Assembly: GCA_051294375.1 (NCBI GenBank)
Contig: CM119266.1
Span: 10,931,834-10,995,833, forward strand
Length of the DNA: 64,000 bases
From: Paraspadella gotoi
Lineage: Eukaryota > Animalia > Chaetognatha
Direction of reading: 5' to 3'
The translations under genes were made by a program, and so were the position numbers. Below the pieces are notes generated by a model, which was not told the DNA's origin, searched no databases, and saw only the letters and a list, made by a program, of their open reading frames with translations. Within the stretch, counting starts at the first letter, position 1; each line of letters starts with the position of its first letter. This document shows, one piece after another, positions 52,314 through 64,000 of this stretch.

Positions 52314-54210
52314 TGATGGAATATTTGTCGCGAAAGCGAAACAAGGCGTTTGTACTTTAATGCCCCAACTGTCAAATTTCCGAGAAATGTTTCAGTATCT
52401 TAAAATCCTGTATAAAACTCAATGGGGCAAAATAATATATATATATTTTTTTAATTTGAAGCTATACTTCCCAGGACGGAATGCATTTTTTAATTAAAGG
52501 GAACTAAAAGGAGCGACTCGCTTCTCACGCTAAATTCTCTGAATGACCCTCCCCTCAGCCCCGCTCGAACATAAGAACCCGCCAGGCCGACAATTCTGTC
52601 GGCTTAAACGACGCGTCTCGAAGGTGAATTAAAACTCACCGGAAACGGTCGTTATGACCCGAGTCGATGGGGCAGGCGAGCGTCTTTTAGCCTCGTTCTC
52701 GTCGTCACCGGCGAAAGCGGGTCGTACCCCTTATTGCCCCCACGTGCAATGCCCCCCCCCATTTTTTTTTCGATTTTATTTCTTTGCGATTACACTTCGC
52801 TGACCGTTAAGGCGGAATAGGTTACAAACTAACAGAAGTCCGGTATAAATATTGTTAANNNNNNNNNNNNNNNNNNNNNNNNNNNNNNNNNNNNNNNNNN
52901 NNNNNNNNNNNNNNNNNNNNNNNNNNNNNNNNNNNNNNNNNNNNNNNNNNNNNNNNNNNNNNNNNNNNNNNNNNNNNNNNNNNNNNNNNNNNNNNNNNNN
53001 NNNNNNNNNNNNNNNNNNNNNNNNNNNNNNNNNNNNNNNNNNNNNNNNNNNNNNNNNNNNNNNNNNNNNNNNNNNNNNNNNNNNNNNNNNNNNNNNNNNN
53101 NNNNNNNNNNNNNNNNNNNNNNNNNNNNNNNNNNNNNNNNNNNTTTTTATCGGATTCTGCTAGAGCTTGAAAGGTTATTATTACAATTTTTTTTAAATTT
53201 TTAATACTANNNNNNNNNNTGAAAGGTTATTATTAAAATTTTTTTAAAATTTTTAATACTAACCTTTATCTAACTTTTTAATCTTTATCAGAATCCATTT
53301 TTAAAAATTAAAATTTACAAAAATTTTTTTAAGCATTTCTTATCTATTGTTAAATATTAAAATGCTTCAATGCGTGAGTAAAATGTATTTAATCAAAATC
53401 TAACATCATAAGTCAATTCGGTTGTAAAAGGACAAAATATTTTAATTGCAGACTATTTCAAATTGTAAAAAAATGTTAAATTCTGACCCGCCTTACTGAC
53501 CAATCTGTACGTCCTTCATCTGTACGTCCATCTGTACATCCTTCGTCTCTTCCGCTTCCTCCTTTTTAGATCTTTCGTCCTCTGTATTTGTTTTATTCTT
53601 TTTTCTTTCCTTCTTTTTTTTCTCTTTCCACTCATTCTACCTCCCCTGTTCTCCCTCCCTCTTTCCTACCTCCCTCCGCCCCAATTCCCCCCCCCCTTCG
53701 CTCTTTGACGAGTCACGTGACCCCCGATGGTGAGTAACGAGACAAAGAGAGAAGACGCTAATTACAAAACCTATGAGACAAAAAAAAAGAGAGGAGGAAA
53801 GGGCGAGAAGGAAAAGAAAAGAAAAGAGAGAGAAAAAAAGAAAGAAAGGAAAGAGATGTGACCTTACTCTTCCCGACGCCGACTTTTTTCAAGGTTCGTG
53901 TTTTTCTCGTTTCATTGCGACGAAAAAAGAAAGTGAAAGACTCGAGTAGAATGTTTGCAGTTTGACGAAAGACTGGCCGAAGGAAGGAAAAAAATGAAGG
54001 GCACACTGAGGGAGACGAACATTTACGTAGAATAGGGACTCAGTTCAACTAATTATATAAAATCACGCCCAAAACTCACTTATTCACCACTCACTCATTC
54101 GCAATATATACTCTGTATTCACACAAGCGCGCGCACACACACTCATACTCTCACACTCTCACTCCAAGTCGAAAGCACGCAATTTTGCGCACAGGAAAAA
54201 AATAGGAAGC

Positions 54211-54367
<157 letters not shown>

Positions 54368-54886
54368 CCCTGTAAGCGTTGATAGAAGGATCGATCGCTT
54401 TTCTGTCTCCGCCTTCAAGTTTCACACAAGGCTTTTTTTTTCTCTCTCTCTTTTTCCCGCGCAAAAAAAGAAGTTCTTTTCTCTTCCCTTCCAAAAATCT
54501 CTGTGGCGACAGCGTCCGTTGCCAAGGTTACAGCCGGCGTCTGCGTTTGGTCCGGCCGACACCCATCGGCCGACATCATGAGACCTTGTCGATGACGGCC
54601 AGTATCCATAAAGTTTTCGCCGTGCTCAATACGTGTCCAGAGTGAATGTTGACATGGCTTGACTTGATCCGAAAATTAGCCAAGGCATATACCTTGATTT
54701 TTAAGTAAAATGATGAATTGAATTTTAATATTCTCTTTATGGGTCAAAAAAGGTATCATTATTGAATGTAACATTGTACTATTTGAACATCATCTTCTGA
54801 TAAAGGTTCAAGATTTCGTCACCTCCGTCGTGAGTCGTCATCTTCGTCTTGGTCTCAGATTTGGCAAACCGTGTTCGCGCGCTCTC

Positions 54887-54945
<59 letters not shown>

Positions 54946-56326
54946 CTCTACAAGGAGCCTCATTCGTCCTAATTTAGTCTGAAAAAGAAGAAGAAAAAAA
55001 AAATCGCCCCGAGATAATGTTACAAGTTGATGAAACGAAGAGCGGCCGCCCCGCCGCCCTCCATCGTCGTCGGCGGCGCCTCCGGGATTCCCTCCCTTCC
55101 TTCACCCTCTCTCTCTCTCCCTCCGTCTTTTTCGTCATCTCCTTCCTCTTTTGGTTCCTCCTCTCCCTCTCTCTCTTCTTTTCCCTTCTTTCTTTTCCTC
55201 CCTTCCTCCCTTGGGCAGACTTGGCTCCGCTGCGACTGAAGGNNNNNNNNNNTGGAGGAAAAAAAAAATGGATTCTTAAAATGTTAAATGGAAGACCCAC
55301 ACTTCAACCAATGGTTCATAGAATTTTTTAAAATTATTTTTCCAGCATGATAGAATTGGCTGAAAAATATATTGCCACTTTAAATATCTTTTACATACTT
55401 TGTTATTTTGATTGATAAAGAAAATTATTGTAAGAGAGTGAAAAGCAAAATTAAGAGAAACTTTAGGAGAGAGAGAGAAAAAGAGCCTGAGCGGTATTTT
55501 CGCGAGTCTTTCACACCCTAGACCCGCGACGATCGCCCGTCGGTAGAGAAAGGAAGAGGATCTCGCTCATTTTTCGAGAGTCACCGACGCGGATGACCTC
55601 CGACCTTCGACCGGCGATAAGAGAGAGACAGCGGACAGAGAGTGAAGCCTTTTGGTCATCTCGCGGCTCGATCGATTGTCGACCAACCCCATGAAAGAGA
55701 GAATAGGGAGAAAGAAAAGAAGAAGAGGTAGAAGATGGAGGCAAGTTAAGGGGCGGAGCGCGAATTTCAAATCTTCTCCGACCCGCACAAAAGACGCCGT
55801 CGACCGGCGTGAAATGGAGCACGGAAGGAGGAGGAAAGGAAGAGGAGGAGGATGAGGAGGATGAGGAGGCGAAATGAGCGAAGCGATCCGGGACGCCAAA
55901 AGTGGAGAAAATGTTTTTCGTGGCGAGAAACGGAGTGGGGGGGTGGCAGGGGGGCAGGAGGTGGAGAGTAGCGGTGGTTTCAGTTTTGGAGGGAATGCGC
56001 CTCCTGAGACGTAGTGTGCAAATAGCGAAGATTGTGGTTTGTCGGATATTAAGAGAATATTCGGAAAGAACGCGACAGGCTCTGTAGTCTCGTACTTGTG
56101 AGGAAAAGTTTTAGAATCCGAGACTGGGGAGTATTTTGCGGAGAAGAAAGAATAAGTGCCGACACTCGGGAAAAAAAAAGTTGGGAAACAAGGGCAAAGG
56201 GGAGATAGGAAGGAGAGGAGAGAGAAGGCACACCAGGGGAGGGAGGGGAGGACAGTGGAGCGGAAGAAGAGCCGAACTGAATCGCGCATAATTAAGTCCA
56301 GTTAATCAGAGGAACTAAAAGGAAAG

Positions 56327-56389
<63 letters not shown>

Positions 56390-56566
56390 AAAAAGAAAAG
56401 AAGAACATCGAAGAAAAAGATAAACAAAAGGAAAAGAAGAATCAAAAATAAATAAATAAGTCAAAAAAAATTGCATTATCCAGAAACGTTACTGGAAACG
56501 ACAGAAGAAGGAGTAGAGGAATAGACGGAGAGAAGAGAAGAGAGAAGAGAGAGAGAGGAGAGAGAA

Positions 56567-56633
<67 letters not shown>

Positions 56634-56974
56634 AGAGGGAAATTGATAAATGGAAAAACGTTTTCCTTATACGCCGCAGGCGGCGGTTATTCTTTCGCTC
56701 TCTTTCTCTTTTCTCTCTCTCTCTCTCTCCTCTTTCCTCTCTCCGCTTTCCCCCCTCTATATCCTCTCTTCTCTTAACTTCTTTTTCTGCGCTACGACAT
56801 CTTCATAAGGAGAATCGAGAAAAAGCTGAGTTCAAACCTTTTAAAGAATGAGTTTAATTGAAGGAAAGCTGGAGAGGGAGGCAGGAGAGGAAGAGGAAAA
56901 AGGAGGGAGGAAAGGAAAAGGAAGGAAAATGACAGAGGCAGAGTTTGAACAGAACAAGGGGCTGGCAGGAGATG

Positions 56975-57006
<32 letters not shown>

Positions 57007-57172
57007 AGAGAGACGGGAGGGAATTTCAACATTAATTGCTATCAACATGTAATCCGCTTACTCAAATTATTTGAAATTGATAGGTAATTTTACTAATATA
57101 TTGGTTTAACTCAAATAAGGTATTACGAACCGGCGTCGAGAGTAGAGACGCAGAGAGAGAGAGAGAGAGAAG

Positions 57173-57217
<45 letters not shown>

Positions 57218-58179
57218 AAGAGAAGAGAGAGACTGTGTTTTCTTCGGCTCAGCGTCCTGCCTCTCTCTATGAAACGCGCTCTCTACAGCGAGAGAGAAGC
57301 GAGAGAGCGAGCGGATAAAGACGAAGAATCTAAAAAGACAGAGACGAGCAAGAGGAGTGATTGGAGAGAAGAGGAGGAAAAATCAAAGGAAGAAAAAAAA
57401 GGTTGGGAAGGGGTTAATTTGAGTGAGATTCCTCTCAGACATTGAATGGTGATTAGTTTGGGCCGGGGCAAGAGAGGGAATATCGAGGAGAACCAGAAAC
57501 TGATTTCCTTTAAACTCTTTAATTGCGGAGCAGGGGGGGGAATGAGGGCTCGTCCGTACTTGGACAGTCCGCGGATCGTAGCCTTTGTCCGTTCGGATAT
57601 AAGGACGGGATTCGATTTGGCGGACTGAGGAGGGAACTTTTTAAACTTAATTCTACGAGATGAATAAAATATATTCCTTATTTTTTTTAAATCCAGTTAA
57701 TAACTGAATGGATGTATTTGCACCTAATAAATTGAACTTTCTGATAAGGATTATCACTTCTATCACACTCTCAACTATGACTTTATTGCGAACCTTTGAC
57801 GCGCACGGCTCGACACCCAAAGGGCCCGAGAAAGAAGAAATTAAAATAAAGAAAAGCAAGAAAAAAGCAAAAAAAAAAAATACAGGGAATAAATAAAGAA
57901 AAAAACACAAAAAGGGAAAAAAAATGTGAATAAAAAAGAAGTCGCAGTACGAGGAAAGAACTCATTCCATCATCGGCACGACTTTCGTCAGTATTTGATG
58001 CTGAGAAGTTGATGTTCGTGTCGTCGTCCGTCGTCGTTGTCGTCGTCGTCGGTCGTCTTCCGAGACGCCGGAAGTGAAAAGCAGAAATGAATAATGGAGA
58101 GAAAATCTGGAAGAAAGATGGCGCAATCATCAACGTCACTGAATCGGTGAGAAAGCCGGTGAAGAGAAGCGGTAAAAGT

Positions 58180-58227
<48 letters not shown>

Positions 58228-59094
58228 AGAGAGAGAGAGAAGAGAGAGAGGAGAGAGAGAGAGAGAATAGAGAGAGAAGAGAGAGAGAGAGAAGAAGGAA
58301 AACCGTCAAGCGACATCTTCGAGGAAAAGGTAGAAGAGATAAATTTTGAGGGGGGTAGAAATTGGCATGAATGCTTGAACAATGATTTCAATGAAATGAT
58401 GATGACTGAATTGAATGAATGAATAATGAATGAAAGGAATGATGAATGAATGAACATATGAATCCTTTCTTTTAATTTTCAGTTCATTGAAAAACTTTTT
58501 CAGATAAAGTCACAAATACAACAATTGACGACGATCCATGGGACGAGCAATCCTTCTTTCGGTCCAATCGCAAAAAACATTGAGAGCAGAGTGAGCCTTG
58601 TTCACAGGTCTCACGGTCTCACAAAAAAGTCTTATGGTTATTAGATCAATTGCTCATATAAACACGAACATTTAACTTCAACGGATAGAATCACAGCTCA
58701 AGCAAATAAATGCCTCGAGGTCCCGCGGGGTCTTTCACAGCCTTTCACAGCTTCACAAATCGTCGTAAAATCAAGCCTCGCACTCACGGGGCACGCGATT
58801 GCATCTCCGAGGTGATGAGGAAGAAAGGCAATAATTGTCAACACCTGTTTGCATCACCCTTAACTCCCAACCGAAGAAACTTCCTTCTCACCAAAAGGCG
58901 ACTCCTTTAACTTTCCCCCTCTCCCTCGGCAACCACCACAATGAGATGCTTTAGACCATATTTGGGATAAAAAGGTGTCGACCGGAAATGGCATCGGGAT
59001 GGCGTCGGATGGACGCGATGGCATGAGATGGAACCGACGACAGGAGGAATTAGTTAATGACTCTGAGAAAAAGCGGTTGAGATGAGAGCGGGAA

Positions 59095-59225
59095 TAGATG
59101 AGATGAAGATGAGATAGAATGAGAATGAGATGAGATGGAGAATGAGATGAGATGAGATTACATTAGATTAGATTAGATTAGATTAGATTACGATTAGATT
59201 AGAATTAGATTAGTATTAGATGAGA
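59095..59225. repeat. Compound pentanucleotide array, (GAGAT)n grading into (GATTA)n
   Basis: gagatgagatgagattacattagattagattagattagattagatta... read directly. Confidence 0.9.
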
Positions 59226-59995
59226 TACAGATTGAGGATGAGTTGAGAATGAACATAGATCAGAGCAAAAGAGCCTCAGAAGACTTAGCTATATGACCAT
59301 TCAAAAATTAGCTTATTCATTGAACATTAACTTATACAATTAAACTTTCGCTCTCGACTTTTCTACCACAGATACGATAAACCGACACGAATCAGATTTG
59401 CGCCCTTCCCATCTTAAAAATCCTGACTTTCGGAAATTAGTATAAGTTAATGATTAAGCTAATGCGTTTTTGCTCCGTCTCTTTAATGACTAAAACGTGA
59501 AAAGAATGAATTAGCAAGGCAACAGGAAAGGCGGTGAAAAAGCGTTGGGGAGAAGCGGTCGTTGCGTGCGTCCGTCGTTGTCGTCGTCGTCGTCGTCGTA
59601 CGTCGTCGTCGTTTCATCATCTTCACGCGAGAGACGAAGATATAGTGAATTAAATGCGCGGAAAAATATTCGCGCCGATAATGCGCCAACGAGACATCTC
59701 CTCTGCTCTCGTCTCTCTCTCATCTCTCTCTCACTTGCGTCCGTTCTCTCTTCTCTCCTGCTCCTCTCCTCTCCTCATCTCTCATCTCTCTACAACTCTC
59801 TACAAAGACATAAATAGATCAAAATTCTCTCATTAATAATGTCTCTTCTAACTCTCATGTTAATCATTAACACCAGAACTATACTACCCAGTTCTCACAC
59901 ACGAAAAAAAATTTTAAAAGGGGGCTTTTCACCGCCACGATTCATACGCTCTTCCTACTGCCTCTCTTTTCGATAACTCGGTTAATCTGTCTCGT

Positions 59996-60088
<93 letters not shown>

Positions 60089-60464
60089 GCTCTCGTTCCG
60101 GTGGCTCATTAACAGAATCATAGTTTACCGCCAATGGGAACAGAGAAAAGAAGACCTTTTTTTCCGATGGGGTTGAAGGAGGAGAGAGAGAGAGACAGAG
60201 ACAGAGACAGGAAACCAAGAAGACGGAGCGAAAAAAAAAGACAGAGAGCGAGAACAAAGTGTGCGGGGTTGGAGTGTGACAGAGGGCCATTTTTTTCCGG
60301 GTTTTCCTCATCGCCTCTCCTCCTGTTCATCTAGATTTATTACAAGAGATCGTTCCCTCTTTTTGGCGTGCGAAAGGGTCGCGTGCGAACAAGGACTCGA
60401 GTGAAGTTTGCACAGCGGAAGGGTAAGGATCCGACGTGGTAGCGGAAGAGGGTAAAGTTATTGA

Positions 60465-60528
<64 letters not shown>

Positions 60529-60865
60529 AGAGAAGAGAGAGAGAGAGAGAACGTGTTGCCTGGGTTCGCGTTTGTAAAAAAAATCGAAAGAAATGGAGAA
60601 TACGAATGCTGTTGTTGTTGTTGTCCGTCGTCTTGAAAAAAATGATCGGAGGAGGAAATCAGGATCTACTTTTTCGCGGGCGACGCAAGTCGAGACGAAG
60701 CGTTAATCGTCCAAAGATAAATCACTCTTCGCGCGGCAGCGACTGCGGCGGCGGCGGCCGGTGTGAATCTAAACTGTAAAATTAAGACGTTACCGATTTT
60801 CTTACTCCACTGATTGAAAGAATAGTCTCTGTAGCTCTTTTTTTTATACTGAATAGGCGGGGTAC

Positions 60866-60925
<60 letters not shown>

Positions 60926-60926
60926 G

Positions 60927-60963
<37 letters not shown>

Positions 60964-62829
60964 CTCACTCCTCGGCCACGTAATTGGCCAGATAAAAAGC
61001 GCCCATTTTGCTTAAACGATTGTTTAAACTTGTAGGACGAAGCAGGACAAATGAGAGTGACACGATCGAACGACGCGACGAACGAGACGACGAGATAATG
61101 GCCAAGGATCAGAAGGTAAATCATTGCGCGAGGATTGAGAGACCGATGCCCGAGCGTCCGTCCGCTTCGTTAGACCATGAAAAGTGAAGAGACCTGAAAT
61201 CACAGCCAATCAGGAACTTTCTCGTTTCTCTCCTCTCTCTCTCTCTCTCTCTCGTCTCTCTNNNNNNNNNNNNNNNNNNNNNNNNNCGATTCCTTTGCGT
61301 TTGGGCACGAATTGTATTGAGCGATCGTCCCTCGTCTATCGCCTCGTCTGCTTCCGAGAACGAAGGGGAAAAAAAAAGACCGAGGTAGAGAGAGAGCGAG
61401 ACAAAATCACAGAGATTGAGACAAAAGGACAGAAGCTTTTTCAACCGAAAAGTAATATCTAAATGGTTTCTCTCTCCTGAAAGCCCTCTTTATTTTTTTT
61501 TCGAGCCAATCTTCTTTTTTTTTTCTTCTTGTGTATGCGCTTGCGCAACACGCAAAAATAACAGAAATAAAAAATCACGGAATAAAAAAAAAGAAAAACA
61601 AAAATAAACACTAATGAGAAGCCAACTGCTGGAAAAAGTCGGGGAGCGAACTCGGACTTTGAAGAAACGACCGAATTTAAGAATGATCGATGTCGAATAA
61701 TGAGGCGAAGGAGGAAAGGAAAGAGGGGAAAGAAAAAGAGGAAAGGAAAATATAAAGGAAAGAGAGCGGATTGAGAAAATACAGAGGAGTGTAGAAGTAA
61801 GAAAGGGTTGGAACTTAATAAGGGAAGCAATTAAGTCAAGGGGTGGAGAAAAACGTAGATGAAAGAGGTAAAGAGACGGGGCGAGCACTTCGTCGGCTTC
61901 GCGTTCGTCGTCGTTATCGTCGTCGTCGTCGTGTTCATCGTCGTCGTCGTTCCCGTCCTCGGGCCGCGATTCGGAATGAGTCGTCGAAAGAAGGACAAGC
62001 CTGACAACGACTCGGGGAAATGTTGTGATTAGTTCCTTCGCCTTCAATCAAGAAACTCGCGACAACCGGCGGCCCTCCTCGGCCCCGTTCTCTATTCCGG
62101 TCTCCGATTCTAAACGCCCCCCCCCCACTCGCTCCCCGCTGGCGTCTCCGCGATGCCACGCCCACATTTCCCAACGCCCCCTCTGCAACGCCCTCCCGAC
62201 CGGCGTCGCGTATTTCCGAAAGACGCCGACGCCAACGGGAATGAAGTTTAGCAATCGAAACTTAGTCTTTCCCTCTTTTCCTTCTTGTCTCGAAGTTTTA
62301 GTTTCGCTTTGGAAAAGTTTTTAGGAAACTCGTTTAAATCCCTTCCTTTCATGTTATGACTTAACCTAATTTATGGAATTTCTTGATCGGTTGAACTCAT
62401 TTTTTTACATTCTTACACTTTCAATTTTTAAATTATCATTGTTTCGAGTTTCACCACTGAAATATCACTTTTCAAGAAAGTGCATACTTTTGAAACAGAT
62501 AAAGATTAAAGGTTGGTCTAATCAAATTCATGTCAAAAAGTAAAAAATAAAACCTAAAAAAAGCAAAAGAAAAAGCTTGGCGTGAAAAGAGAGAGACTGT
62601 AAAAAGAATGGAGAAAAACGATACTGGAAAAAAGTGAATGGAAACGAAAGAAAAAAAAAGGAAGGAAGAAATCGGAAGACCATCCTAGGAAAAAAAGGGA
62701 AAAAAAGGAAAAGAAAAAAGTAAAAGGGAAAAAAAGGGGAAAAAAAGGAGCGAAGGGGATGGTGGCGAACACAAGCATAGATTAAGTTTCCCAGTGTCAT
62801 GAATTCCGACCTCAGTTGACCCGATTCGA

Positions 62830-62862
<33 letters not shown>

Positions 62863-64000
62863 NNNNNNNNNNNNNNNNNNNNNNNNNNNNNNNNNNNNNN
62901 NNNNNNNNNNNNNNNNNNNNNNNNNNNNNNNNNNNNNNNNNNNNNNNNNNNNNNNNNNNNNNNNNNNNNNNNNNNNNNNNNNNNNNNNNNNNNNNNNNNN
63001 NNNNNNNNNNNNNNNNNNNNNNNNNNNNNNNNNNNNNNNNNNNNNNNNNNNNNNNNNNNNNNNNNNNNNNNNNNNNNNNNNNNNNNNNNNNNNNNNNNNN
63101 NNNNNNNNNNNNNNNNNNNNNNNNNNNNNNNNNNNNNNNNNNNNNNNNNNNNNNNNNNNNNNNNNNNNNNNNNNNNNNNNNNNNNNNNNNNNNNNNNNNN
63201 NNNNNNNNNNNNNNNNNNNNNNNNNNNNNNNNNNNNNNNNNNNNNNNNNNNNNNNNNNNNNNNNNNNNNNNNNNNNNNNNNNNNNNNNNNNNNNNNNNNN
63301 NNNNNNNNNNNNNNNNNNNNNNNNNNNNNNNNNNNNNNNNNNNNNNNNNNNNNNNNNNNNNNNNNNNNNNNNNNNNNNNNNNNNNNNNNNNNNNNNNNNN
63401 NNNNNNNNNNNNNNNNNNNNNNNNNNNNNNNNNNNNNNNNNNNNNNNNNNNNNNNNNNNNNNNNNNNNNNNNNNNNNNNNNNNNNNNNNNNNNNNNNNNN
63501 NNNNNNNGAAAGGGAGAGAAACTGATCGTCCGTCGTATTCGTATTTTTTTTTTTTGCATTTTCCGCTGTCTTCTTCACTTGAGCGTTTTTCTTGTTCCTC
63601 TTTCTATCCTCTCTTCTCTCTCTTTCTCATCTCTGTCTCTGTCTGCTCTCCTCTTTTTCTCTCTCTCTCTCCTCTCTCTCCTCCTCTCTATCCTCTTCCC
63701 TCTCTCTCTCTCCAATCTCTCTCATCTCTCATCTCTCATCCTCGCTCCTCCTCTCTCTCTCCCCTTCGCTGCTCCACTCTCTCTCTCCTCTCTCTCTCTC
63801 ATCTTTCCTGCTCAACATGACTGTCCACAAGCATTCATGTTCTTTTCAAACATGGCGGCGAACTCCAAAGATCAGCGAGACAAAAACAAAGAAGAGAATA
63901 TGAATCGTTATGGCAACAGGTTTCGTAACCCTTTTCATCGTCGCAACGCATCGTCTTTGTCGCTCAACTTCGTTAGACACTTTTCTTCGCCATCCGTCAC

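Noticed and set aside
53168-53262. About 42-bp direct repeat flanking a 10-N gap
   Set aside because: Typical unmerged contig-end overlap.

Overview
Gap-rich eukaryotic (probably animal) draft-assembly sequence dominated by (GA/TC)n and (GAC/GTC)n microsatellites, poly-A/T runs and many N-gaps. One gene can be called confidently: a two-exon CEP72/LRRC36-family centrosomal leucine-rich-repeat plus coiled-coil gene (182-1320 joined to 1429-2638, + strand, 782 aa). The gap-free, microsatellite-poor block at about 14.5-22.4 kb holds splice-site-bounded segments on both strands that may belong to one or two unidentified genes (low confidence). The most conspicuous structures are a tandem plus fold-back duplication at 9.8-13.7 kb and a 1,988-bp apparently exact inverted repeat at 36.1-42.1 kb with further degenerate copies. 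Both sit next to exactly 25-N gaps and differ from their other copies mainly by scattered indels, so long-read gap-filling artefact explains them better than biology does. Almost all other listed ORFs are translations of microsatellites or N-runs. I found no transposase, reverse transcriptase, rRNA, intact tRNA or CRISPR array, and no well-supported novel system; the remaining findings are modest leads.
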